A stretch of 64,000 nt of DNA, from positions 564,601 through 628,600 of the forward strand of contig CAWDIE010000008.1 of the NCBI GenBank assembly GCA_963802335.1. Reading direction: 5' to 3'. The translations under genes and the position numbers were made by a program. The notes under the pieces are model-generated. The model saw nothing but the letters and a program-made list of their open reading frames with translations, searched no databases and had not been told where the DNA came from. The DNA comes from an uncultured Planctomycetota bacterium. GTDB taxonomy: Bacteria; Planctomycetota; PLA2; JAEUHO01. Positions 8,678 through 19,452 of this stretch are shown in pieces; positions within the stretch are counted from its first letter, which is position 1, and the number at the start of each line of letters is the position of its first letter.

Positions 8678-9109
8678 ATGAGCCTGACCACGATCGGAAC
8701 CCGGAGCGTCATCGCGGTGGACGCCGCGACGGCCGTCACCGAGGTCGCTCGCAAGATGAAGACCATGAGCCTGGGCTCCGTGGTGGTGCTCCGTGACGAC
8801 CGTCCCATCGGCATCGTGACGGACCGCGATCTGACCGTGCGCGTGCTGGCGACCGACAACCGTCCGGACGAGCTCCATGCGGCGGACGTCATGAGCGCAC
8901 CCCTCACGTGCGTCCACGAGCACGACGAACCGCTCAAGGCCGCGATGCTCATGCGGGAGGCCCAGGTCCGGCGCCTGCCGATCCTCGGTGGCGACGGGCA
9001 ACTCGTCGGCATCATCAGCCTTGACGATCTGATGCATCACTTAAGCCGAACCCAGCACGAGATGTGCGAGGCCATCGCCTCCTTCCCGGTCTCGCACCAC
9101 GGCGGCTGA
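8678..9109 (+). CDS. CBS domain pair protein
   Basis: Two CBS-like repeats are present (VIAVDAATAVTEVARKM...GIVTDRDL and LTCVHEHDEPLKAAMLM...VGIISLDDL). GGAG lies upstream. Confidence 0.85.
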   Translation: MSLTTIGTRSVIAVDAATAVTEVARKMKTMSLGSVVVLRDDRPIGIVTDRDLTVRVLATDNRPDELHAADVMSAPLTCVHEHDEPLKAAMLMREAQVRRLPILGGDGQLVGIISLDDLMHHLSRTQHEMCEAIASFPVSHHGG

Positions 9110-9262
9110 GCCGGCGCCGGACGCGCCTCTCTTCTCGGGTATCTGCTTCGCTCGCGTAGGATGACGACCTGATGGAGCCCTCGCCGCCGTTGGGCTGGAG
9201 GGCCGACTGTCGTTGATGCGTGATGCCGTCGCCGCAGGGACTCGAGCGCCGGGAGGCCATCG

Positions 9263-10678
9263 ATGGTGCATGGGAGAAGGTGGCTGGGAGGAAGCGTCTT
9301 CCTCCTGGCGGTGGCCGCGCTGCTGGTTGGGTGCAGCACGCCACACCGTGAGGACTTCATCGTGCCGGCTCCGCCCACGCCCCTGGCGGCGCGGGCGCCC
9401 GCGTGTCAGCCGATGCCCACGGCCGGGGAGTTGACGCTGCAGGAGGCGGTCGACACCGCGCTGGCGCGCAACCCCGACATCGCCACGGCCGAGGCCAACA
9501 TCCGCGCGTCGGTCGCGACGTTGATGGGGGCGCGCGCCGAGCAGCGGCCCCACATCGGGCTCGACGCCTCGGTCCTCGGCGGGGACGCGCCGTCGATGTA
9601 CCTGATGAAGCGCATCGACGCGCGAACCCTACCGCCCGACACCAACTTCAACGATCCCGGCGCCTTCTGGAACTTCGAGTTGGGCGCGACGCTTCGCTAC
9701 AACGTCTGGGACGGCGGCGTCCGACGGCTGGGCGAGTACGCGGCCGAGGCCGGTGTGCACGCGGAGCGCTCGCGTCTCGAGGCCGTGCAGAACGTGCTGG
9801 CCGGGGGCGTGGTGACGACGTTCCTCAGCGCGAAGGCAGCCGAGGAACTCCTGAACGCCGACGACGCCAGCGTGCGTACGGTCGAGTCCCAGGTGGCGGA
9901 GACCCGAGCGAAGTACGAGATGGGGCAGACCCTCAAGAGCGATCTGCTCTCGCTCGAGGTGCGCCTGGCCAGCGCCAAGGAGCGTCGCATCCGCACCGAC
10001 ATCGCGCGCCGGGTCGCCCTGGCCGGCCTCAAGCGCCTCCTCGCCGTGCCCCAGGAGATCGAGATCCGCCTGGGTGATGCCACGGTGGAGGCGGCGGGTC
10101 TCCCGGAGAACAAGGACCAGGCCCTCGTCGAAGCCTTCCGCCACCGCGCCGAGGTGAAGGCCATCCGCTATCGGGTCCGCCAGGCCAAGATCGAGGTGGA
10201 GCGCGCCCGTCGCTCGGGTGCCCCCAAGGTGGATCTGCAGGCGCGGTGGTACGGCGACGACGACGGCCTCGAGCTCTCCAGCAACTGGTGGGTGCTCGTG
10301 GCCCTCTCGTGGGATCTCTACGACGGCGGCCGGCGCGAGTCGCAGCTGATGTACGCGCGCGCCGTGCTCGATCGCATGAAGGAGGAAGACCGCAAGGCGC
10401 TCCTCGATGTGGCGTTGCAGGTCGAGACCAGCCTGCTCGAGCTCGAGGAGGCGCGGGCCCGACAGGCCGTCGCGACCCAGGCCGTCGGCGCCGCGGACGA
10501 GACGCTCGAGTTGGTCGAGAAGCAGTACCAGGCCGGGACCGCAACCATCACGCGGTTCCTCGAAGCCGAAGAGGCGCGCACCCAGGCGCGCACGCGGAAG
10601 ATCGGCGCGGCGCTCGACGTGAACCGCGCGGTCGTGAACGTGAAGCAGGCGCTGGGACGCCTCGGGCGGGGGCAGTGA
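9263..10678 (+). CDS. TolC-family outer-membrane efflux protein (lipoprotein)
   Basis: The lipobox is LLVGCS. The protein has the duplicated alpha-helical/beta-barrel TolC pattern (LTLQEAVDTALARNPDI..., QYQAGTATITRFLEAEEA). It is the first gene of a three-gene efflux operon. Confidence 0.85.
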   Translation: MVHGRRWLGGSVFLLAVAALLVGCSTPHREDFIVPAPPTPLAARAPACQPMPTAGELTLQEAVDTALARNPDIATAEANIRASVATLMGARAEQRPHIGLDASVLGGDAPSMYLMKRIDARTLPPDTNFNDPGAFWNFELGATLRYNVWDGGVRRLGEYAAEAGVHAERSRLEAVQNVLAGGVVTTFLSAKAAEELLNADDASVRTVESQVAETRAKYEMGQTLKSDLLSLEVRLASAKERRIRTDIARRVALAGLKRLLAVPQEIEIRLGDATVEAAGLPENKDQALVEAFRHRAEVKAIRYRVRQAKIEVERARRSGAPKVDLQARWYGDDDGLELSSNWWVLVALSWDLYDGGRRESQLMYARAVLDRMKEEDRKALLDVALQVETSLLELEEARARQAVATQAVGAADETLELVEKQYQAGTATITRFLEAEEARTQARTRKIGAALDVNRAVVNVKQALGRLGRGQ

Positions 10679-10679
10679 G

Positions 10680-11825
10680 ATGAAGAAGATCCTCGGACTC
10701 GTGGCCTTCCTGGCCCTTCTGGGGCTGGTCCTCGCCTACGTGATGGGCGTCTTCCACGGGGATCTCGTGGAGCCCGGTCAGGCCGAGGCCGCGCCCGGCC
10801 TTCCCGCGCCGACGAAGACGGTCGTGGCCGAGCGGGCCGAGGCCCCGGTCGTCGAGGAAGCGGTCGGCACGGTGGCCTCCGAACGCAAGGTCGCCGTGTC
10901 GGCGCAGGTCCAGGCACGGGTCAAGGAGGTGCATGCCGATGCGGGCGAGAGCGTCGAGGCCGGCAAGCCCTTGATCGTGCTCGACGATCGCGAGCTGGTC
11001 GCGCGGCGTTCCCAAGCCGCCGACGGGCTGCGTCAAGCCGAAGCCGCGAAGGAACGTGCCATCCAGGCGCGGGCACAAGCCGAGGCCGTGCTCGGCCAGG
11101 CTCAGAACCACTTCAAGCGGATCAAGGGCCTCTTCGATGCGAGTGCGGCGACGCCCGACCAACTCGAGCGGGCCGAGTCGGCGCGGCTGCAGGCCACAGC
11201 CGCGGTCGCGGAAGCGGATGCGGCCATCGCCGCCGCCGCGGCCCAGATCGAGCAGGCCCGCGAGGGCGTAACGGGCGCGGATGTCGCGCTGAGCCATGCC
11301 CGCATCGCCGTGCCGATCACGGGGGTCGTCTCCATGAAGGACATCGAGCCCGGGGACTCGGCGTGGCCGGGCAAGACCCTGCTCGAGATCATCGACCCCA
11401 CCGACCTCCGGCTCGAGGCCCAGGTCCGTGAGGGGCTCATCTCGACGATCGTCCGCGGCATGGAGTACGAGGTGGAGATTCCAGCCGCCGGGCGCACGGT
11501 CATGGGCACCGTGGGGGAGATCTGTCCGACGGCCAATCCGCTGAGCCGGACGTTCGGCGTCCGGATCACGTTCGATCCCGTACCTGGCGTGCACCCGGGC
11601 ATGTTCGGGCGCTTGCGCCTTCCGGTAGGGGCGCGCGAGGTCGTCCGCGTGCCGGCGGCGGCCATCGTCCGGGTCGGACAACTGGAGACCGTGCTCGTCA
11701 AGACGGGCGACGTCTGGGCGCGGCGCCTCGTCACGACGGGCCTGAAGTTGGAGGACGGGGCGTACGTCGAGGTCCTCTCCGGGCTCGAAGGTGGCGAAAC
11801 CGTCGGCCTCCCGGAGCGTGAGTGA
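10680..11825 (+). CDS. efflux RND periplasmic adaptor (membrane fusion protein, HlyD family)
   Basis: It has an N-terminal TM helix, a coiled-coil hairpin (AEAAKERAIQARAQAEA...AAAQIEQAREG) and beta-barrel motifs (IAVPITGVV, VPAAAIV). The start is 2 nt after the tolC stop. Confidence 0.85.
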   Translation: MKKILGLVAFLALLGLVLAYVMGVFHGDLVEPGQAEAAPGLPAPTKTVVAERAEAPVVEEAVGTVASERKVAVSAQVQARVKEVHADAGESVEAGKPLIVLDDRELVARRSQAADGLRQAEAAKERAIQARAQAEAVLGQAQNHFKRIKGLFDASAATPDQLERAESARLQATAAVAEADAAIAAAAAQIEQAREGVTGADVALSHARIAVPITGVVSMKDIEPGDSAWPGKTLLEIIDPTDLRLEAQVREGLISTIVRGMEYEVEIPAAGRTVMGTVGEICPTANPLSRTFGVRITFDPVPGVHPGMFGRLRLPVGAREVVRVPAAAIVRVGQLETVLVKTGDVWARRLVTTGLKLEDGAYVEVLSGLEGGETVGLPERE

Positions 11826-14800
11826 TGGCCGCCGAGGAGAAAGAAGGCCTGATCCAGAAGCTGGTCCGCGCTTCGGTCGTCGGCCCGCTCTCGCCCCTGC
11901 TGATCGTGATCTCCGTGGCGGCGGGCATCGTGGCCGTCCTGTTCACGCCGCGCGAGGAGGAGCCGCAGATCGTCGTGCCTATGGCCGACGTGTACGTGCA
12001 GTTCCCGGGCGCGAGCGCCGAGGAGGTCGAGAAGCTCGTGGCCACGCCGCTCGAGAAGCTCCTGTGGCAGATCGACGGGGTCGAACACGTCTACTCGATG
12101 TCGCAGCGCGACCACGCCATCGTGACCGTGCGCTACTTCGTCGGCGAGGACCGGGAGCGCGCTTTGGTGCGCCTCCAGAGCAAGATCGACGCGAACCGGG
12201 ATGCGGTCCCGCCCGGGGTGACCGGCTGGGTCGTGAAACCGGTCGAGATCGACGACGTGCCCATCGTCACCCTGACCTTCTGGTCAGAGGAGGCGGACGA
12301 CGCGGCGCTCCGTCGGGTGGCGGAGGAGATGGCTGCCCGCCTCGCTCCGGTGCCCGACATCTCGCGTTCCGAGATCGTCGGCGGGCGTCCGAGGGAAGTT
12401 CGCGTCGAACTCGACCCGGAAGCCGTCGCGGCGCACGGCCTCTCCCCGCTGGAGATCAGCCAGGCCTTGCGGGGGGCAGACGCATCGCTCCCCGCCGGTT
12501 CATTCGAGCGTGACGATGTCCGTGTGCCCGTGGTGGCGGGGCCCTTCGTCGGTGGTCACGAGGACGTGGCCGAGCTCGTCGTCGGCGCCTACGGGGGCCG
12601 TCCCGTCTACCTGCGTGACGTCGCCCAGGTGATCGACGGCCCGGCGGAGGCCACCAGCTACGTACGTATGGCCTTCGGACGGGCCTCGGCCGATGAGGAC
12701 GTCGAGGTCGGGCAGGGCTTCCCCGCCGTCACCCTGGCCCTGTCCAAGAAGAAGGGCACCAACGCCGTCCTCGTGGCGCACGACGTGGTCGCCGAGCGCA
12801 CAGGAACTCGCGCCGGGCGTGCTGCCCGACGGCGTGAACATGACGGTCACGCGCAACTACGGGCATACCGCCGACGAGAAGGTCAACGAGCTGCTCGGTC
12901 ACCTGATCCTGGCGATCATCACCGTGATCGGCCTCATCACGTACGCGCTGGGCTGGCGAGAAGGCCTGATCGTGGCCGCCGCGGTGCCGATCACCTTCGC
13001 GCTGACGCTCCTCATCAACCAGCTCTTCGGTTACACGATCAACCGGGTCACCCTGTTCGCGCTCGTCCTGGTGCTCGGCATGGTCTGCGACGACCCCATC
13101 GTGGACGTCGAAAACATCCACCGCCATTTCCTGATGCGGAAGCGCAAGCCGCTCGACGCCGTGCTCTTCGCGGTCAACGAGGTGCGGCCCCCGATCATCT
13201 TCGCCACCGTGGCCGTGATCCTCTCCTTCCTGCCCATGCTGTTCATCACGGGGATGATGGGCCCCTACATGCGACCGATGGCGATCAACGTACCGATCGC
13301 GATGGCCATGAGCCTTCTCGTCGCGTTCACCATCACGCCCTGGATGGCCTACTACTTGCTCCGTCCGACCTACGGCAAGGGGGAGGGCCACGCCGATCAA
13401 CACGGCGTCGGGCTCTTCGGCCGGCTCTACCGCGGCACGGTAGGGATCTTCCTCGACTCACGCATCGCCCGGTGGGGGCTGTTCGTCCTGCTCCTGGGCC
13501 TCATGGGCTTTGCGGGCTGGATCGTGATGGCGGGCAAGGTCCCGCTCAAGATGCTCCCCTACGACAACAAGAGCGAGTTCCAGGTGGTGCTCGATCTGCC
13601 CGAAGGCGCCACGTTGGAGCGGACCGACGCCGCGGTCGCCGCGTTCGAGCGCTACTTCACGACGGTCCCCGAGGTAACGAACTACCAGGCGTACGTCGGC
13701 ACCTCGAGTCCCATCGATTTCAACGGCCTGGTACGTCACTACGGCTTGCGGCAGATGCCCTACCACGCGGACCTGAGGATCAACCTGCTGAACAAGTCCC
13801 AGCGTACCCAGCAGAGCCACGACCTGACGCTCCGGCTGCGCCACGACCTGGAGGCCCTGGCGCGGGCGCACGACGCGAAGCTCAAGATCGTGGAAATGCC
13901 GCCCGGCCCGCCCGTCCTGGGGACGCTCGTAGCGGAGGTTCGTGGACCGGTGCAGGCCAGCTACGAGGAGTTGCTCGCGTCCGGTGACGAGCTCGAGCGA
14001 CGCCTGAACGAGATCGACGGCGTCGTCGACACCGACGTGATGGGGGAGGCGGACCGCACGCGCCTGGACTTCGTCCTCGACAAGGAGAAAGCGGCGCTGC
14101 ATGGCGTCGCGACGGCCGACGTCGTGCAGACCTTGCGCCTCGCGCTGACCGGGGACTTCCCGGCGACCGTGCACGAACCCGGCGAGCGCCAACCACTGAA
14201 GCTGCGCCTCGTGCTGAGTCGGATGCGGCGGAGCGGCGCGGAGGAGCTGTCTCGCTTGAAGGTGAAGGGGCGCACCGGCGTTCTCGTGCCGCTCGCCGAG
14301 ATCGGCACGTTCGAGGCGGTGCCCGACGACAAGACGATCATGCACAAGGACCTCGTGCGCACGGTCTTCGTCCTCGGCGACATCGCCGGCGTCCCGCCCG
14401 CGGATGTGGTGCTCGAGATCCAAGACGGACTCGAGAAGGACCCGCTACCGCACCAGATCGTGGCGGACTGGACCGGGGAGGGGGAGTGGAAGATCACGAT
14501 CGACGTCTTCCGTGACCTGGGGATCGCGTTCTTCGGGGCGTTGATCGCGATCTACGCCTTGCTCGTCCTCGAGACCAAGTCGTTCTTCATGCCCTTGGTG
14601 GTGATGGCCTCCATTCCGCTCGGCATGATCGGCATCATGCCCGGGTTCTGGCTCCTCAATTCGGTCATGACGAAGGACATCGGGGGATTCGCGAGCCCCG
14701 TCTGGTTCACCGCCACGGGGATGATCGGCATGATCGCCCTGGCCGGCATCGTGATCCGTAACGCCATCATCCTGATCGACTTCATCCGAAGCCGCGCGAA

Positions 14801-15044
14801 GGAGGGAATGCCCATGCGCGAGGCCGTGCTGGAGAGTGGTGCCGAGCGCCTGAGGCCGATCATCCTGACCGCGTTCACGACGATGATCGGCGCCTGGCCG
14901 ATCACGCTGGATCCGATCTTCAGCGGCCTCGCCTGGAGCCTGATCTTCGGCATCCTCGCGTCGACCTTCTTCACCTTGCTGGTGATCCCGGTCGTCTACT
15001 ACGCCTTCTTCCGTTCGCCCGCGGAGGCGTCGTCGGCATCGTGA
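11822..15044 (+). pseudogene. RND efflux permease (AcrB/CzcA superfamily), reading frame interrupted near nt 12797-12801
   Basis: Track ORF 11822..13987 is RND-like only up to ...GTNAVLVAHDVVAER. Track ORF 12693..15044 becomes RND-like from AQELAPGVLPDGVNMTVTRNYG onward. Joined, the two give ~1074 aa, the normal RND size with 12 TM helices. One surplus base lies at the junction. Confidence 0.85.
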
Positions 15045-15100
15045 CTACGTTTTTCCGAGGCGTGCGCGACCCGTGCGATTCCTGGGCGTAGGCTCTCCGG

Positions 15101-16003
15101 ATGCGTGCCTACCGCCTTCCGCCCGCGGCCTCGGCCGGCTCACGGATCCACGTGGTGGCCCCCGCGTGGGCGATCGACCGGGAGCGGGTCGAGGCCGGGA
15201 TCGAGAGGCTCGAACGCTGCGGCTACGACGTCGTCGTCCCGGAGGCGGCCCATGGGCGCGAGCGCTTCTTCGCGGGGACGGACGCCGCGAGGGCTGCCGC
15301 GCTTCGAGCGGCACTCGATGACGACGCGGCCACGATCGTGTGGGTGGCGCAGGGCGGGTATGGCTCCACCCGACTCCTGCCGCTGCTGGACCCCGCCTGG
15401 GTCGCCGCGCACCCGAAGCTCCTCGTCGGCTTCTCGGACGCCACGGCTCTGCACGCGCTCTGGCACCGAGCCGGGGTCGCGACGATTCACGGCCCGACCC
15501 TCTCGACGCTGATGGACGGGTCCGACGTCGCCATCGCCGAGTTGCTTCGCCTGCTGGCGGGGGAGGTCGGTGACCCCCATGAGGGCGACTACGACACCGG
15601 GCGCACGGTCGAGGGGCCGTTGCTCGGCGGGAACCTGAGCCTGATCGCCGCCATGGTGGGGACCGACGCAATGCCGCCTCTCGCGGGCGCCCTCCTCTTC
15701 CTCGAAGACGTGGACGAACGCACCTATCGCCTGGATCGCTATGCCGAGCAGCTCAAGCAGTCCGGCGCGCTCGACGGCGTGGCGGGCATCGTCCTCGGCC
15801 AGTTCAAGGCGTGCGGCTCGACGCGCGGCGACCGGACGCCGCCGGAGACGATCCTGCGGGAAGCGTTCGCCGCGCGGGGATTGCCCGTGCTCTCCGGCGT
15901 GGCGGTCGGCCACGGCGAGACGACGCGGGCGCTCTGGCTCGGTCGGCAGGCGCGCATCGAACCGGCAGGGCGCGGGCGCGGCGTCCTCTCCCTCGAGGCG
16001 TGA
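15101..16003 (+). CDS. ldcA: LD-carboxypeptidase (peptidase S66, LdcA/MccF family)
   Basis: Family motifs are IHVVAPAWAID, FAGTDAARAAAL, AQGGYGSTRLLPLLD and the nucleophile region GFSDATALH. HGE lies near the C-terminus. Confidence 0.85.
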   Translation: MRAYRLPPAASAGSRIHVVAPAWAIDRERVEAGIERLERCGYDVVVPEAAHGRERFFAGTDAARAAALRAALDDDAATIVWVAQGGYGSTRLLPLLDPAWVAAHPKLLVGFSDATALHALWHRAGVATIHGPTLSTLMDGSDVAIAELLRLLAGEVGDPHEGDYDTGRTVEGPLLGGNLSLIAAMVGTDAMPPLAGALLFLEDVDERTYRLDRYAEQLKQSGALDGVAGIVLGQFKACGSTRGDRTPPETILREAFAARGLPVLSGVAVGHGETTRALWLGRQARIEPAGRGRGVLSLEA

Positions 16004-16033
16004 CGCCGAGGTAGGCTCTCGGTCGGAGGTCCC

Positions 16034-16588
16034 ATGGGCCAGCTCGACGAGTACCCCGCGCTGCGGGCCGCACTTCGGATCCTGCAGATGATCGTGGCCA
16101 TGCTGCTCCTGGGGGTCCTCGTCTTCCTCGGCGTGGCCGCCTACCTGACGCTGAACCGACAGGAGCCGCCGACCGAGCCGCCGATGCTGACGTACATCCT
16201 GATGGGCACGGCACTCGTCGCGATCGTCGCGGTGGCCTACGTGGCGGCCGCCGTCGTGAAGCGGGCGCGGCGCGACCTCGTCGAGGGTCGGCCCGTACGC
16301 ATGCCCGGGGGCGCGGCCGTCGCGGTCCCGGCCGCCATCGCGGCGTCGGGGGACGCGGGGCGGCTCTTCCCCGCGTACCAGACGGCGACGATCCTCCGCG
16401 CCGCTTCGTACGAAGGCGCGGCGTTCCTCTGCCTCGTCGCGGCGATCGTCGAGGGGCACTTGGCCGGGCTGGTCGGCGGCTTGGTCATGGCCGCCCTCCT
16501 GGCGCTGCAGATCCCCACCGCCGCGCGTACCGAGCAGCACCTGGAAGCCGAGCTGGCCGAAATCGCGCGCGGGCGTCAGGCGAGGTAG
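16034..16588 (+). CDS. hypothetical 4-TM membrane protein
   Basis: GGAGG lies 5 nt upstream of the ATG. Four hydrophobic helices are present. No family was recognised. Confidence 0.5.
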   Translation: MGQLDEYPALRAALRILQMIVAMLLLGVLVFLGVAAYLTLNRQEPPTEPPMLTYILMGTALVAIVAVAYVAAAVVKRARRDLVEGRPVRMPGGAAVAVPAAIAASGDAGRLFPAYQTATILRAASYEGAAFLCLVAAIVEGHLAGLVGGLVMAALLALQIPTAARTEQHLEAELAEIARGRQAR

Positions 16589-17109
16589 CGTTCCGCCAGG
16601 ACGTCCATGTGGTGCAGCGCATGGCCGGCGAGGATCGTCGCGAGCGCCCGGACACTGAAGGAGACGTCGCTCGCCACGCCACGGCGATCGTGCACGGGCG
16701 CTTCGAGGCTCGCAAAGAGCACGACGTTCGAGCGCCTGAGGTGTTCGAACTCGGTCAAGAGGCTTCCGAGAGGGCGCGCATCGAAGGCCGCGCCCTGGAT
16801 CAACACGTCCTGGTCCATGCCGGGGAGCGGCGTCGTGTCGCCCCGCGCGAACCGCATCGCGCGCGTTGCGAATACGCGCTCGGTGTCGACGACGTGCCCC
16901 ATCACCTCGGCCACGCTCCACTTGCCCTCGGCATAGCGACGGCCGGCCGTGGCCGCGGGGGCGGCACGCAGCCGGGCCAGGATGCCGGCATCGTCCTCGA
17001 GTGGCGAGGTCAACACGTCGATCAGGTCGCCCGCGGGCACGCGCGCCACATAGCCCGCGTAGTAGGCGCCAAACTCGTCGGGGCCCGGTCGCTGGGTCCA
17101 GAGGCTCAT
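16576..17109 (-). CDS. DinB-family (DinB_2) metal-dependent protein
   Basis: The inner ATG of track ORF 16576..17286 gives MSLWTQRPGPDEFGAYYAGYV. The His triad context is WSVAEVMGHVVDTERVF...LAGHALHHMDVL. The upstream part of the track ORF overlaps uvrC out of frame. Confidence 0.75.
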   Translation of the reverse strand: MSLWTQRPGPDEFGAYYAGYVARVPAGDLIDVLTSPLEDDAGILARLRAAPAATAGRRYAEGKWSVAEVMGHVVDTERVFATRAMRFARGDTTPLPGMDQDVLIQGAAFDARPLGSLLTEFEHLRRSNVVLFASLEAPVHDRRGVASDVSFSVRALATILAGHALHHMDVLAERYLA

Positions 17110-17122
17110 GACAATCCTCCCG

Positions 17123-18979
17123 TCAAGACAGTCGCTCGCGAATCTCCCGGGCGCGCCGCTCCCCGATGCCGGGCATCGCGGCCAGGTCCTCGAACGACGC
17201 CCGCTTGATCCCGGCCACCGACCCGAAGCGCTCCAACAGCTGACGCCGGCGCTTCGCGCCGATGCCGGGCACGTCGTCCAGCACACCCTTGACGAGTGCC
17301 TGGGAGCGACGCTGGCGCTGGTAGCGGCCGGCGAAGCGGTGCGCCTCGTCCCGCGCGCGGACGAGGATCCTCAGGGCCGCGTCCGTTTCGTCGAGGATCA
17401 GCGGCTCTTCGAGGTCGGGACGGATGATGCGCTCGTCCTCCTTGCCCGCCTCCCGGCGGGCCTTGGCGAGACCGATCATCGGGACGTCGGCGTGTCCGAG
17501 GGCCTGGACGGCGCGGCGGGCGGCTTCGAGCTGCCCGCGCCCGCCGTCGATCAGGACGAGGTCCGGGAGGTCGCCGAGGCCGCGGCCGCGGGCGAAGCGA
17601 CGTCCGATGATCTCGTCCATGCCGCCGTAGTCGTCCCCGCCCGCGGCGTCGCGCACGGCGAAATGCCGGTAGGCAGAGGTCTCCGGGACGCCGCCGATGA
17701 GAACGCTCATCCCCGCGACGGGTTCCGAACCCCCCAGGTGCGAGAGATCGAACGCCTCGATGCGTTCCGGTGGGGCTGCCAGCTCGAGCAACTCGGCGAT
17801 GCGGCGAAGGGCGCTCTGGGCTTCCCGCGCGCGCACGCCGTGCTCTTCGAGGGCTTCCGCCGCGTGTCGCGCGGCCATGGTGACCAGGTCGCGGTCGCCC
17901 CCGCGCTGGGGCTTGCGGATCTTCGTCTGCCGCCCGGCGATAGCCCGGAGCACGCCCTCCAGGCCCTCCGCATCGACGGGTTCTTCCTCGACGAGGATCT
18001 CCGGCGGCACGATCTTGCCCTTGGCATACGCCTGGGCGAGGAAGGCCGTGATCACGTCCCGGCGGCCGAGGCTCGTGCGCTGGGGGAGCGCGCGGGTCGC
18101 GACGACGTGTCCGTCCCGCACGTAGACGAGGCCGATCACGGCGGTGCCGCCCGCCGCGGCGACGGCGATCACGTCGCGGTCCCTGCCGTCCGCCCGCACG
18201 GTCTCACGGCGCTCGATGACGCCTTCCAGTGCCTGCAGGCGATCGCGCAGCCGCGCGGCCCGTTCGAAGTCCAAGGCCGCAGACGCGTCGAGCATGCCGT
18301 GGCGTAGGCGGTCGAGCGTCCCGTCGTCCCGACCGCGCAGGAGGGCGAGGGCGTCGTCGAGCAGCTGCCCGTAGGCTTCGGGGGTGATCGCGTCGATGCA
18401 CGGTGCCGCGCACCGACCGATCTGGTGGTAGAGGCATGCCCGCGTGCGCTCAGCCAACTCGCGATCGGAGCACGTTCGCAGCGGGTAGAGCGTCCGGAGA
18501 AAGCGAAGCGTGCCTCGCACGGCCTTGGCGCTCGCGAACGGTCCGATGTAGGTCGCGCCGTCTTTCTTCACGCGGCGGACCAGGCGAAGGCGGGGGAACG
18601 GGTGCTTGCGATCCACCCGGACGAGCAGATAGCTCTTGTCGTCCTTGAGCCTCAGGTTGTAGGGGGGACGCTCTTTCTTGATGAGGGTGTTCTCGAGCAG
18701 GAGCGCCGCCTCCGGCGTATCCGTCGTGATCACGTCCACGTCGGCGGCCCGCCGCATCAGGAGATGAACGAGCGGGCGGTCATCGCCTCGACCGAGGTAG
18801 CTCCGAAGGCGCTGTCGCAGGTTGGTGGCCTTGCCCACATAGAGGACGCGCTCGGCGTCGTCCTTCCAGAGATAGACCCCGGGCCCGGTCGGCACACGAG
18901 CAATGCGGGTCTTCGAGCGCGTCCATGCCGCTGCATGGTAGGCCGCAACCAGCCGTACCGAGTCAGACACGATCTTCAC
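17123..18979 (-). CDS. uvrC: excinuclease ABC subunit C
   Basis: The GIY-YIG domain reads GVYLWKDDAERVLYVGKATNLRQRLRSY. A UvrBC-interaction region and a C-terminal (HhH)2 motif (VPGIGAKRRRQLLERFGS...PGIGERRAREI) are present. Confidence 0.95.
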   Translation of the reverse strand: MKIVSDSVRLVAAYHAAAWTRSKTRIARVPTGPGVYLWKDDAERVLYVGKATNLRQRLRSYLGRGDDRPLVHLLMRRAADVDVITTDTPEAALLLENTLIKKERPPYNLRLKDDKSYLLVRVDRKHPFPRLRLVRRVKKDGATYIGPFASAKAVRGTLRFLRTLYPLRTCSDRELAERTRACLYHQIGRCAAPCIDAITPEAYGQLLDDALALLRGRDDGTLDRLRHGMLDASAALDFERAARLRDRLQALEGVIERRETVRADGRDRDVIAVAAAGGTAVIGLVYVRDGHVVATRALPQRTSLGRRDVITAFLAQAYAKGKIVPPEILVEEEPVDAEGLEGVLRAIAGRQTKIRKPQRGGDRDLVTMAARHAAEALEEHGVRAREAQSALRRIAELLELAAPPERIEAFDLSHLGGSEPVAGMSVLIGGVPETSAYRHFAVRDAAGGDDYGGMDEIIGRRFARGRGLGDLPDLVLIDGGRGQLEAARRAVQALGHADVPMIGLAKARREAGKEDERIIRPDLEEPLILDETDAALRILVRARDEAHRFAGRYQRQRRSQALVKGVLDDVPGIGAKRRRQLLERFGSVAGIKRASFEDLAAMPGIGERRAREIRERLS

Positions 18980-19077
18980 CGTTGCCAGCCGTCCCGGCTA
19001 CGCCCCGCGGCAAGACGGCCGCCGGGGAAGCGGCCCGCGACGCTCGCCCGCCGAACCGCGGCTTCCCGGATGCGCAC

Positions 19078-19095
19078 GCGCCGGATATCCGGCGC
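19078..19095. repeat. perfect 18-bp palindrome GCGCCGGATATCCGGCGC in the uvrC/TVP38 intergenic region
   Basis: Read directly; the sequence is self-complementary over all 18 positions. Its function is unknown (operator or hairpin). Confidence 0.9.
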
Positions 19096-19452
19096 TTCTT
19101 CCCACAAGGCCGCGGGACGGGCACGTCACGCACCCCGGGAGGCTGCCCCGTCGGCGCGACGCCGGCGACCAGCTGGCTCCGTCCCGATCCCGGCATCGGT
19201 GCTCCTGGGAAGATGATGCGTACCGGGCAGTCACCCGACGGGTCGTCCGGGTACGCCCCGTCGCTGCCGCAGGCCACTGCGCAGGACGTCAGGCGCAGGT
19301 TGCATCCCGCCCGCGGCTGCAGCATCCTTGCCATCCCCTCGCGGAGTCCTCTGTGGTCCTCAAGCGCCCGGCTCTCATCCCGGCTCTCATCCCAGTGACC
19401 TGGGCCGGCGTGGCCTCGGCCGCCGCGCACGAGCCGCCGGTCGCCGCGTTTC

